From NCBI GenBank assembly GCA_951406725.2, contig OX597814.1:162936001-163000000 (forward strand): DNA of 64,000 nucleotides, written 5' to 3'. Positions 52,806-64,000 of the stretch are shown here, in pieces. The translations under genes and the position numbers were made by a program. Every line of letters begins with the position of its first letter. Position 1 is the first letter of the stretch. The notes under the pieces are model-generated. The model saw only the letters and a program-made list of their open reading frames with translations. It ran no database searches and was not told the DNA's origin. This DNA is from Octopus vulgaris. Taxonomy: Eukaryota.

Positions 52806-53358
52806 AGTGCCAGATCACTTTTGAGTGCTACTGGTAACATGTAACCCAGTACAACCTGTTGCATGGTCGGGTCGTCGGCGACTAAACCGGCAACCCCACC
52901 AAGCTTGCTTGGTGAGGAGGGTGTATATAGGACACCCTGCGGGATGAAAGACAAAACTCGTCAAAGGGCGGAGGAACTCTTGAGAGTCAACGGCCATCCA
53001 ATAAATGTCTTAAGGTTGGATCATGCGCGGGGACATAGAAATAATCGGACTGAATACCCGATCGCGCAGTTAAACCACTGGGAGTGAAGGACTCCTAGCC
53101 TTTGTTAGGGCATCCTTCTAGGAGAAGGTAACTCAGGTAACTAGGATAACTCCGATATAAAACCTGCGGCTCAGTGGTTACCGATGATGTTGACTTGTTC
53201 TTCTTTTCGGATTATGGCTGCTGTTGCTTAGTGAGTGGGATTGACTCAGTGCACAGCCTTTCCCCACTTTAAAAAAAATCTTGCACAGGCATTGCACGAT
53301 AACAACATTGATTAAGTTTCGTGCAATGGCCATACTCGATAACGAGGGGGCACCCACC

Positions 53359-53360
<2 letters not shown>
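52806..53360 (+). mobile_element. GC-richer non-coding element in (TATG)n, RTE-5'UTR-like
   Basis: GGGCATCCTTCTAGGAGAAGGTAACTC resembles a motif I recall from RTE 5' UTRs; ends TACTCG...CCACCAT; flanked by (TATG)n. Confidence 0.5.
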
Positions 53361-53391
<31 letters not shown>

Positions 53392-55934
53392 TGTATGTAT
53401 GTATGTATGTATGTATGTATATGTGTATGTATGCATGCATGTATGCATGCATGTATTACGTATGTATGTATATATGTATGTATTTATATTGATACTTGTA
53501 CCTCTACTGAGTAACAGTAGAGGTACAGGCATCAATCCATTACGGCCGTTTCTAAACACACCTTTAATTGATTAATGAAGACATTACATCATTGTAAAGA
53601 AACTGCTTTCGTCAGATGAATTCCTGAACTTCAAAATAAAGGACATTCGAAATGATTCAGATACGCAAATTCGGAAGAGTAGAATACGAGACTGATTTTC
53701 TTACAGGAGAATAATATGCTATATTTATGCGAAGAGTGGGATCTGCCCTTCGTAAATATTATGGACCGCATATTTAATATAATGTACATGTCTGAATAGC
53801 TCAAGAGCGGATTCTTTCACTCAGCCTAATGTTATTGCGTGTGTACATTATTGCGACTTAACGAGGTGTCTCAATTTAAGTACCTAATTCAACTGAATCT
53901 AACTTATGTGTAGATAGGTATGTAAATATGTATGTATATATGTACGTACGTACCTACATACCTATGCATGTGTCTACGTATGTGCATGTGCTTCGCTGAT
54001 ACATATACGTGAAGATTGAACGTACACACCAGAGAGAAGACCGAAAAAGTATTGCTCCTTGCACGTTATGCTTTACTGAGTTATAAGCACTCCTTTGTCA
54101 CTTTTACCGTCAGAAATGCAATAAACTTATGAATTACCTGTTGGTAACCGGTAACGAGCAACGATATTGTTCACTATCAGTGATATAAAAAAATATTTAA
54201 CACTGAGAAAATTAAGGTCGTTGCCTAACTAAATGTTAAAGTACACACCAGCAATAACGTTACGCGAACTCCGAACTCTATTGATTCGGTCAACCGTAAC
54301 ACTTTAACTTATTGAACATATTGGAACAATATTCTCTGACAGAAGGCTGCAGGATGTCTGTAATTTACTTTAGAAAATTACGTCAGGGGGAGATTAACAG
54401 GTGTACCGGAAGCTAATATCAATGACATTGTTAGTAATATATTTTGCTTACAAGCTTGTAGCGATATTGTCAGGTATACAGCCGGAAGTTCGAAAGGTTG
54501 GCCAAATTTATTATGGAATAGAACCGACAACGAATATAGAGACAGGATGGGACGAAGAAAAGATATAAGGGAAGAAAAAAAGAACTAATAATTGAGAAAA
54601 GGGATGTATATACGCCATGATATCAGCTACAATAAATGAACCGATTAGATCAAATCGACAAAGTTGATAAATGCAATACTCTCCTCTACACGTATACAAT
54701 ACACAACTGGAAGACGCTACAAATGTTACACTCCAGAATATCTAAGGAGGTAGGACATTACATATAACCAGAATAGCTTACCCATCGGAACTTATGGATT
54801 ACACTCTATTATTTACGATCTGATGACGTATGCTGTAGGTAATGTTTCCAGTGGAGACAGATGATAGTGTGATTTTCATCATATGAGTTATAGATAGATT
54901 GGTGGAGCAGACATATTAGAGTGTCAGACAAAATGTCTTACGAACTGGCGTAGACACTAGGGAGTTGGGTAGACTGCTTCGCAGTATTTGTCCCGTCTCT
55001 TTGCGCCCTGAGTTCAAATCCCACCGAAGTCATCTTTGTTTTTTCTCTTACTTGGACTGATAAAAATGTGTCCTGAACTTTTCAGCTGCAGTTTTGTAGT
55101 CAACGACGATGGCAGCCTTAAATGACACTACTAGATAATAAACTACTAGGTGAAAAAGATGTAGACGCTATTAAATGATTAAGATAACAAGGATGTCGCA
55201 ACGTGGACTCATAAATTACTTGAAATAACGGCCAAATCTTCAAATTACACAATTCTATCGTCTTCAATATAAAAATAATAGAGTGGGACACATTAGGTAA
55301 TTTAGCCTTAGATATGCCGTGTTCGAAAGAAGAACGTGATGGTCATGGCCGAAAACAATGTCTATATTGTCTTTTTAGTTAAGGATAGACGGGAGGAGGA
55401 GGAGGAGGAGGAGGAGGAGGAAGAAGAAGAAGAAGAAGAAGAAGAAGAAGAAGAAGAAGAAGATAATTCACTGTTACTTTTTTTTTAAAGGAAATTAAAA
55501 ATGTTTTTTCTGAACTGGTCTTTCACGTCACACTATCGATGAATATATTGCAGTGTAGTGTGCTACAAGATGTTGTTATCGTTTAAAATCCTTGTGAATA
55601 CTCACTGAGCAGAGTTATAATGAAATATGTTCCAACCATGGCCCTCCTGTCCTGTAATTGAATATTGTGTGCCTTAAAGTACATTATCCATTGTTTCAAT
55701 AGTTTTTCAAAACGATAATTTTGGAGGTGATTTGGCTGATATTTCTTGCAAGTGGTGGGGACCACGTAACAGCTTCTTTACTGTTCTAGGTCTGCTCTGA
55801 TTGAACAAGCATTTCAGCCATGACCTTCCCATTTGATTTTGCTTGCAATGAGCTTCCAATGCTATTCCATCGAAAGTGTTCTTTTCCATGTAAGGAAATA
55901 TGGTGTCATTTGAAAGTTTAGTCTCTCGCACGTT

Positions 55935-56270
55935 TGGCGATAATTCAGTGGTTAGGGCATCGGGCTTAAAATCATGAGATAGTGAGTTCGATTCCCAAAC
56001 CCAGTTGTGTGTCGTATTCTTGAGCAAGACGGTTTATTTCACGTTGCTCCAAGTCCACTCAGCTATAGAAGAGTTGCGACGTCACTGGTGCCAAGCGGTA
56101 TCGGCCTTTTCCTTTCCCTTGGATAACATCGGTGGCATGGAGAGGGGAGGCTGGTATGCATGGGCAACTGCTGGTCTTCCATAAGTAATCTTGCTCGGAC
56201 TTGTCCCTCGGAGGGTAACTTTCTAGGTGCAATCCCCTGCTCATTCATGACTGAAGGAGGTCATTACCCT
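55935..56270 (+). mobile_element. SINE family B, long-tail variant
   Basis: Head plus CORE-like domain plus CTGGTATGCATGGGCAACTGCTGGTCTTCC tail shared with 59370-59680(-) and 61270-61585(+). Confidence 0.85.
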
Positions 56271-56659
56271 AATCTCGTGTTAGCTCTAGACCTGCTTTGA
56301 GCAGATCTGTACGTTAAAGATGATCCAATTATATTTTTTCAAATATTGTATATCTTGGACTACGCATCGATCTTGTTCTCAGATAACCTACAAAACCCAG
56401 GTCATCAAACCAAACTAATACAACACAAGACTAGTTTTTGTTGTGATGTAGTGACTTCTGTGCCTCAATGAACCTAAGAACCATGCGAATGGAACGAAAG
56501 TTCCTCGTTGACAACCACTTCCCCCCTCACATACATGCTGGACTGGTCTAATGGTGGAGGCCAGACTAAAATGGATTGCTTCTTCCCAAAATAAAAATGG
56601 GTTTGCGTAAACCCAACATAACTATCTAAAAAAAAAGGCAGAGTTACAGAAGCATGTAC

Positions 56660-56865
56660 GACAATTCAAAACCAAGAAAACTTGGGGAAAGGAAGGCTTA
56701 AACAGTACCGCAAAATCCGAAGCGAATCTGCAAACGAACACTCATTCTGACCACAGTGCAAAATCCAGCTGGACAGAAGCAGAAAAGTCAACCCAGAATG
56801 GAGAAGGGTGGAGAAAAGTCGTCAATAGCCTATACACCAGAGCGAGCGAAGAGTTTAAATAAGTA
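56660..56865 (+). pseudogene. RTE LINE C-terminal remnant
   Basis: SWTEAEKSTQNGEGWRKVVNSLY..., resembling the RTE terminal W..(A)QDR..WR..V..L motif, followed by a TAAG-like tail. Confidence 0.55.
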
Positions 56866-57365
56866 AACTAAAGAAAAGAAAATTGTAATTCGTCCTGTTC
56901 CAGACGGTAAGGATATTAGCCACTATTTCTCATTAGTTCGTATATCGAAGGTATGAAAGCCTTACATAGACCATCCCACTCCACGTTAACAGTTATTTGA
57001 CTAGAAATTGTTGGTGAAACTAAACAGTGAATCAAACCTGTTTGACAGACGTCGCGCACAAAGACCTTACTATCTCACTACGGTACTCGTATATAGTCTG
57101 TTACGGTTTAAACAAAAAAGAAATATAGACTAAAGTATTATAAAGTATAATAAAGGCGTAATAAACAACTAAATAAAATCTGGGGGTTGGGTATGTCATC
57201 TTCCAGACATGTCACACTGAGGAATTTGTTTTTTAATCTTTTGCACTTAGCAAATACATGTCTCTGAACTGGTTTTGTTTCTTTATTATTTTCAATTTAT
57301 TTAATAGCATTTTTTCCCAGAGAACATTTAATTTAACAACACATTTATTCAGTCTCTCTTTCTAG

Positions 57366-57501
<136 letters not shown>

Positions 57502-58239
57502 ATATATATATACATATATATATACATATATATATATATAACATGTATATATATATATATATATATATACATACACTTATACATACATATGTATGTGTGC
57601 ATGTATATGTGTATGTATGTATATGTACCCCCACACATATGCATGGACATGCTCCACCCTACACTCATCACACACACACAAGCATGAGTGTATATACATA
57701 TATATATGTGTGTGTGTGTGGTTATGTGTGTGTGTAAGTTGTATATGTGTCTTTGTGTGCGCATCTGCGCATGTGTGCGCATCTGCGCATGTGTGCGCAT
57801 CTGCGCATGTGTGCGCGCGTGCGTGTGTGAGTGCATAAATGTGTGCGAATGCATTGTTTCTAACTGGCTATTGTTTCCCAATTTATTTTGTCATCTAAAC
57901 ATGTCCCACACTTCGTCTTCCCCCTTCCTTTTCTTTTGTTTCCTCTCGCTCCACTTCCTTTTCCTTAATCTCTATGGAGCCCCAAATTCTCCCATCTTTA
58001 CTTCGGTTCCTTTCTCTCTTCTACACCATTACATTAGTTTGCACCGTTCTGGCCTTTTTTTTTTTTTTTGATTCCTATTTCTAACTTTTCGTTCTCTTTA
58101 CTTTGCACCCTTTCTGTCTCTATCTTTTCCTCATTTTTTAATTTCTTCCCGCCCTCTGCTTTCGATTATTCAAAGAAATACTTCGTCACTTATCAAACAA
58201 CTCTGTTGCCTATAACTTTCTCTATTCTACCGTCCCGCT

Positions 58240-58293
<54 letters not shown>

Positions 58294-58322
58294 TTATCTA
58301 TCTGTCTCTATCTGTCAGTTTC

Positions 58323-58401
<79 letters not shown>

Positions 58402-58544
58402 GTCTATCAGTGCCTGTCTCATTTCTCTCTCTATCTCTCTATCTCTCTCTCCCTATCAGTTCCTATTTCATTTCTCTCTCTCTCTATCTCTCTCTCCCTA
58501 TCAGTCCCTATTTCATTTCTCTCTCTCTTATCAGTTCCTATTTC

Positions 58545-58585
<41 letters not shown>

Positions 58586-58769
58586 ACTCTCTCTCTCTCT
58601 CTCTCTATCAGTTCCAATTTCATTTCTCTCTCTCCCTCTCTTTCTCTCTCCTGCGCTTTCACTCAAAGTTTTATTCGTTTCCACAAAAACGAACAAGCCG
58701 TCCATTTTTAAAACAGTAAGTTAAGCAACTCCCCGCGAGTAACTTTACCGATTTTATTGGACGCTAGCC

Positions 58770-59970
58770 ATATCATAGAGCACGCTACCTTATATCAGAG
58801 AACATTTGCCTTATACTAGAGAAGAATTTCATTACACTTCTAAATATCTGCCTTACACCACAAACATATCTCGTGCGAGAGAATGAATGCCTTATAATAA
58901 GTGAATAACTTTCCAATAGGCAACCTTAGCTATTTTACTACAAAATGCCGACCTTAGTATAAAGAACGCCTAGCTTACAAATGTCAGTATTATATCTTGG
59001 AACATTTGCTTTCTATTACACTATGCCTGCGTTATACTACAGAACGCTTGTACTATACAAGAGAACGCTTGCCTTATGCAACAGAACACAAGCCATAAAG
59101 TGCAGACATGACTGCTGTATATTAGAGAACGCTTTCTTTTTAAATAGAACACTTTCTTTATACAAAATAACTGCTTTATAATATAGGACGCCTCTTCTAT
59201 ATTACAGAATACCAGCTTTATTCTACAGAAAACCTTGCCTTATGCAACAAAAGGTTGTCTACTAATGCCAGCTTTTGTCTGCTCAACTACACCTTAAACT
59301 TTAGAAAGTATTCTGTATTAGAAAGCGTGTATGCTTTCTAATACAGGGCATCCCTTTTATATTATAAAGTGACCTTTCGGTTACGAATGACCATGAAATT
59401 GTACCTAGGCGGTTGCCCTTCGAGGCACAAGTCCGGGTAAAGTTGTTTGTGGAAGACCAGCAGTCGCCCATGCATACCAGTATTTCCTCTCTGCGCTACC
59501 GATGTTGTCCAAAGAAAATACAAAAGCTAGTACAGCTTGACAATAACGGTGTCGCAACTCATATCTACACCTGAGTGAACTGGAGCAACGCGAAATAAAG
59601 TGTTTTGTAAAAACACAAACACACAGCCTACAATACCTCATCATTGTAAGCCTGACTTTCTAAACGCTCAGCCACACACCTTCGCTGCTTCGCACTATAG
59701 AATGCCTATTTTATATCACAGAACTTTGGACTCGGGAACGTTTGTTATACTAGAAACTTCTACCTTATTCTACAGAACACCTTTCATACTATGAATTATG
59801 GTAGCCATGACTTATAGTGAGAGTTGCTTTATACCACACATCGCTTACCTTATACTTCAGACGCCTGCTTTATACGGCGTACATCCATTTTTTACCGCTC
59901 AAGTCTTGTCTCTACAGAATGTTTTAGTTATACAAGAATGCGCCAATCACAGAAAATGCCTAACACGTTA
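58770..59970. repeat. degenerate ~21-bp minisatellite interrupted by a SINE
   Basis: Recurring TTATACTACAGAACGCTTGCC-like units at 58770-59300 and 59690-59970. Confidence 0.7.
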
Positions 59971-61592
59971 CAGAATGCTTGGCTTGTTTTGTTTGCTTTC
60001 CTTTGGTTTTGGTTTTGGTTTTCATTCCAGATCGTTCTAGTCACGGAACAATGTGGCCAATGCGCTATGTCCCAGTTTCCTTTTTAGTAAAACATGCAAT
60101 GTAAATTTGTTTTGCTGTGGTTAATAATGTAGCACTATAGTACCGGTTATGATACAGCCACAATGACGAGGTGCAAATTGGGAAAAAATGACATAAATAG
60201 TATCTCGTGTTTATCATATATATATATATATATAGATATATAGATATATCTATATATATCGACTTTGCCTTTCATTCTTTCGGGGTCGATTAAATAAGTG
60301 CCAGTTACGCACTGGGGTCGATATAATCGACTTAATACCTATGTCTGTCCTTGTTTGTCCCCTCTATGTTTAGCCCCTTGTGGGTAATAAAGAAATTGGT
60401 ATTTCGTCTGCCGCTACGTTCTGAGTTCAAATTCTGCCGAGGTCGACTTTGCTTTCAACCTTTCGGGTCGATTAAATAAGTACCAGTTATGCGCTGGGGT
60501 CGATATAATCGACTTAATCTGTTTGTCTGTCCTTGTTTGTCCCCTCTGTGTTTAGCCCCTTGTGGGTAGTAAAGAAATAGGTATTTCGCCCGTCTCTATG
60601 TTCTGGGTTCAAATTCCGCCGAGGTTGACTTTGCTTTTCATCCTTTGGGGGTCAGTAAATTGAGTAACAGTTGAGTCCTGGGGTCGATCTAAGCGACTAG
60701 CCCCTCCCCCAAAATTTCAGGCATTGTGCCTAGAACAGAAAAAATTATTTTGATCGTAAAAGCACGTGACTGAGATAAAAAAAAATCTGATTTAACTAGC
60801 GTAATTGTAGGTATATAACCGTGTAGACATATGTTGTTCCTATGGGTATGTATGAATAATTACATGTTTTACTAAAAAGGAAACTGGGACATAACGCATT
60901 GGCCACATTGTTCCGAGACTAGAACGAAACTGGAATGAAAACCAAAACCAAAGGAAAGCAAACAAAACAAGCCAAGCATTCTGTAACATGTTAGGCATTT
61001 TCTGTGATTGGCACATTCTTATATAACTAAAACATTCTGTAGAGACAAGACTTGAGCGGCAAAAAATGGATGTACGCTGTATAAAGCAGGCGTCTGAAGT
61101 ATAAGGTAAGCGATGTGTGGTATAAAGCAACTCTTACTATAAGTCATGGCTACCATAATTCATAGTATGACAAGTGTTCTGCAGAATAAGGTAGAAGTTT
61201 CTAGTATAACAAACGTTCCCGAGTCTGAAGTTCTGTGATATAAAATAGGCATTCTATAGTGCAAAGCAGTGAAAGTGAGTGGCTCAGCATTTAGAAAGTC
61301 AGGCTTACAATGATGAGGTTTTGTAGGCTGTGTGTTTGTGATTTTGAGCAAGGCACTTTATTTCGCTCCAGTTCCCTCAGCTGTAAATATGAGTTTCGAC
61401 ACCACTGGTGTCAAGCTGTACTAGCTTTTGTATTTTCTTTGGACAACATCGGTAGCGCGGAGAGGAGATACTGGTATGCATGGGCGACTGCTGGTCTTCC
61501 ACAAACAACTTTAACCGGACTTGTGTCTCGCAGAGCAACCTCCTAGGTGCAATTTCATGGTCATTCGTAACCGAAAGGTCACTTTACAATAT
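59358..61592. repeat. ~740-bp inverted duplication (59358-60100 / 60859-61592)
   Basis: Reverse-complement colinearity throughout; the paralogous ORFs 59824-60087(+) and 60840-61130(-) reflect it. Confidence 0.9.
60260..60745 (+). mobile_element. SINE family A tandem trimer
   Basis: Three consecutive cores joined at AAGAAAT(A/T)G|GTATTTCG (~60398 and ~60580). Confidence 0.9.
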
Positions 61593-62047
61593 GACAATCA
61601 TCTACATTTCTCTTATCAGAGTTAATCTAAAAGCATCTATAAAAGAGTTATTTAAATCTTAAAGTTTTAAGCAACGTGCGAAATTGAAGAATTTTTGAAA
61701 TTCGAATGCTGTGTCGGAACATGCTGTTCAGGTGAATGATATAATAAGAGGTAAATTTATATGTTTAAAGAGATTATGAAGGTATAGATAATAGTGTTTT
61801 AAGATGAATTCAAATGCATAATGGTAAATAGGTTAAAATCATATAAACTAATTATTTTGGGAAAAAATTTAAAAGTTGATATCTATGTCTACAAAGAATA
61901 ATGACATCCGATATGATCTTATTGAGTAATGTTTCTTTTGTTAGCACAGAGTATATTAATCGCTTCTTTTGCGCATAATTTACAATTTCTAGTGTGTGTG
62001 TATTGTATGGTGTGGTTTCCATTATAATAGATCAATTCAGACTGCAT

Positions 62048-62127
<80 letters not shown>

Positions 62128-62228
62128 TGTATGTATGTATCTATGTATGTATGTATGTATGTATGCATGTATGTATGCATGTATGTATACACACACATAT
62201 TTATATATATATATATATATATATATAA

Positions 62229-62261
<33 letters not shown>

Positions 62262-62323
62262 TGTATGTATCTATGTATGTATGTATGTATGCATGTATGT
62301 ATGCATGTATGTATACACACACA

Positions 62324-62367
<44 letters not shown>

Positions 62368-62750
62368 CACTTTTAGCAGCAACACCCAGCAAAAGAATGC
62401 ATACGCTTAAGCCTTTTTTCTATACAAAAGACATGAGGAATCCTTTTTCCCTTTCTCTCGTCCTCACTTGTGCTGATATATGTCAAACCTATGAAATCGC
62501 ACTTCAATATATTTTCAGTAAAACTATAATGCGAAAATATTTATTATGTGAAAAAATATTTTTGTATTTTTATTTCATACGTATGAAAATAGGCGTAGGC
62601 GTGACTGTGTGGGAAGAAGCTTACTTCCCAACCACATGATTCCAGATTCAGTCCCACTGCGCGGAACCTTGGGTTAGTGTCTTCTGTAACCTCAGGTCGA
62701 CCAAAGCCTTGTGACGGAATTTGCTAGACGGAAACTGAAAGAAGCCTGTC

Positions 62751-62827
<77 letters not shown>

Positions 62828-62855
62828 TGTGTATGTATATGTTTGTATATATATT

Positions 62856-62911
<56 letters not shown>

Positions 62912-62913
<2 letters not shown>

Positions 62914-63623
62914 AATTTAAAATTGAGGATAAAATCTTTATAAGAAAGTATCAGTAGTTAGCGTGGAAAACCTCGTAAGACAAAAAATCCGTAAATTTTT
63001 CCACTTTGAAAATATTTATTTATATTATATAGAGGGTACTACTATTCATAGATACCGCACGCTAGGAGGGACCCTTGCGGTCAAAACTACTAAAATAAAC
63101 AAATTGTACCGAATGCAAAACTTCAAAGCAAGTCATTTAAAAAAAGAATTTAGTTACATATCACCTGTGATTTCGCAATTAATGCAGAATATGCATTCTA
63201 TGCTCATCAGTGCAACAAACTCAAGACATATAAGAAAAAACATAATATTACAAACCCGACAGCCAACCGTAGAATTCGTCGTAGCATGTACGAATGTTTA
63301 TCTTTACATATCTATGAAAATGGCGGGCTTATTCGCAATGCATTTCGGTAACAAATTGCTTACTCGGAACAAAAATTCAGTATTGAACTATTCCGGTGAA
63401 AAATATAAATTTAAAATTGAGGATAAAATCTTTATAAGAAATTATCAGTAGTTAGCGTGGAAAACCTCGTAAGAGAAAAAATTCGTAAATTTTTCCACTT
63501 TGAAAATATTTATTTATATTATATAGAGGGTACTACTATTCATAGATACCGCACGCTAGGAGGGACCCTTGCGGTCAAAACTACTAAAATAAACAAATTG
63601 TACCGAATGCAAAACTTCAAAGC

Positions 63624-63624
<1 letters not shown>
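62912..63624 (-). mobile_element. 494-bp partial tandem repeat (1.44 units) with a hammerhead (retrozyme / Penelope pLTR-like)
   Basis: 62912-63130 is repeated at 63406-63624 with 3 substitutions seen; flanked by (TA)n and (TATG)n. Confidence 0.85.
63153..63216 (-). ncRNA. type I hammerhead ribozyme
   Basis: GUUGCA-CUGAUGA-GCA(loop with internal hairpin)UGC-GAAA-UCAC(AG)GUGA-UA-UGUAAC; AUA site. Confidence 0.8.
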
Positions 63625-63658
<34 letters not shown>

Positions 63659-64000
63659 TGTATGTATGTATGTATGTATGTATGTATGTATGTATGTATG
63701 TATGTATGTATTTGTGCCTGTCTTTATGTCTGTGTTTGTCCCTCTTCGCCGCTTGACTATTGGTGTCGCTGTGTTTATGCGTCCTCATAACTTAGCGGTT
63801 CAGTAAAAAGACACTAATAGAATTTTTTAAAAAAAGGCGTGGGGTCGACTTGTCTGACTAAAACCCTTCAAGGTGCTGCCCCAGTATGGCCGCGGTAACT
63901 GAAGCACGTAGAAGGTAAAAGATGAATGCGAAGAACAAAACTATTTTCTGCCTTATGTTTAAAATTTAAACTTGTTTTATTTATATAAAATTATTTACGT

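Larger units (their letters stand above)
62591..63925 (+). mobile_element. SINE family C with a nested insertion in its internal microsatellite
   Basis: 5' half at 62591-62755 and 3' half at 63710-63925 match 19394-19793. Confidence 0.85.

Noticed and set aside
58770-59300. Regularly spaced repeats resembling a CRISPR array
   Set aside because: Degenerate head-to-tail ~21-bp units without unique spacers, in eukaryotic DNA with no cas genes.
62963-63451. 162-aa ORF in the 494-bp repeat
   Set aside because: Antisense to the hammerhead, GTG start and no recognisable domain.

Overview
This is AT-rich, microsatellite-dense eukaryotic DNA with no host gene I can call with confidence; the SINE families and repeat load suggest a cephalopod (Octopus-like) genome, which is my inference. 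Most of the window is transposon debris: three abundant tRNA-derived SINE families, a decayed Mag-type Gypsy pol with LTRs, remnants of hAT, mariner, Tc1, L1/Tx1, R4-like and RTE elements, two MITEs with GGATCTTTTC ends and 8-bp TSDs, and a Helitron-like element. The main signal is a set of unrelated non-coding repeats carrying type I hammerhead ribozyme motifs. These are a near-identical 484-bp tandem/inverted array with four complete hammerheads (40924-42963), a 494-bp partial tandem repeat (62912-63624), and several head-to-head foldback elements with minimal or variant hammerheads (30833-31265, 34514-34850, 36392-36669, 43035-43250). They look like Penelope-mobilised, retrozyme-like elements, and their inversion junctions often fall inside a ribozyme. 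Structures were paired by eye, and no cleavage or expression is demonstrated.
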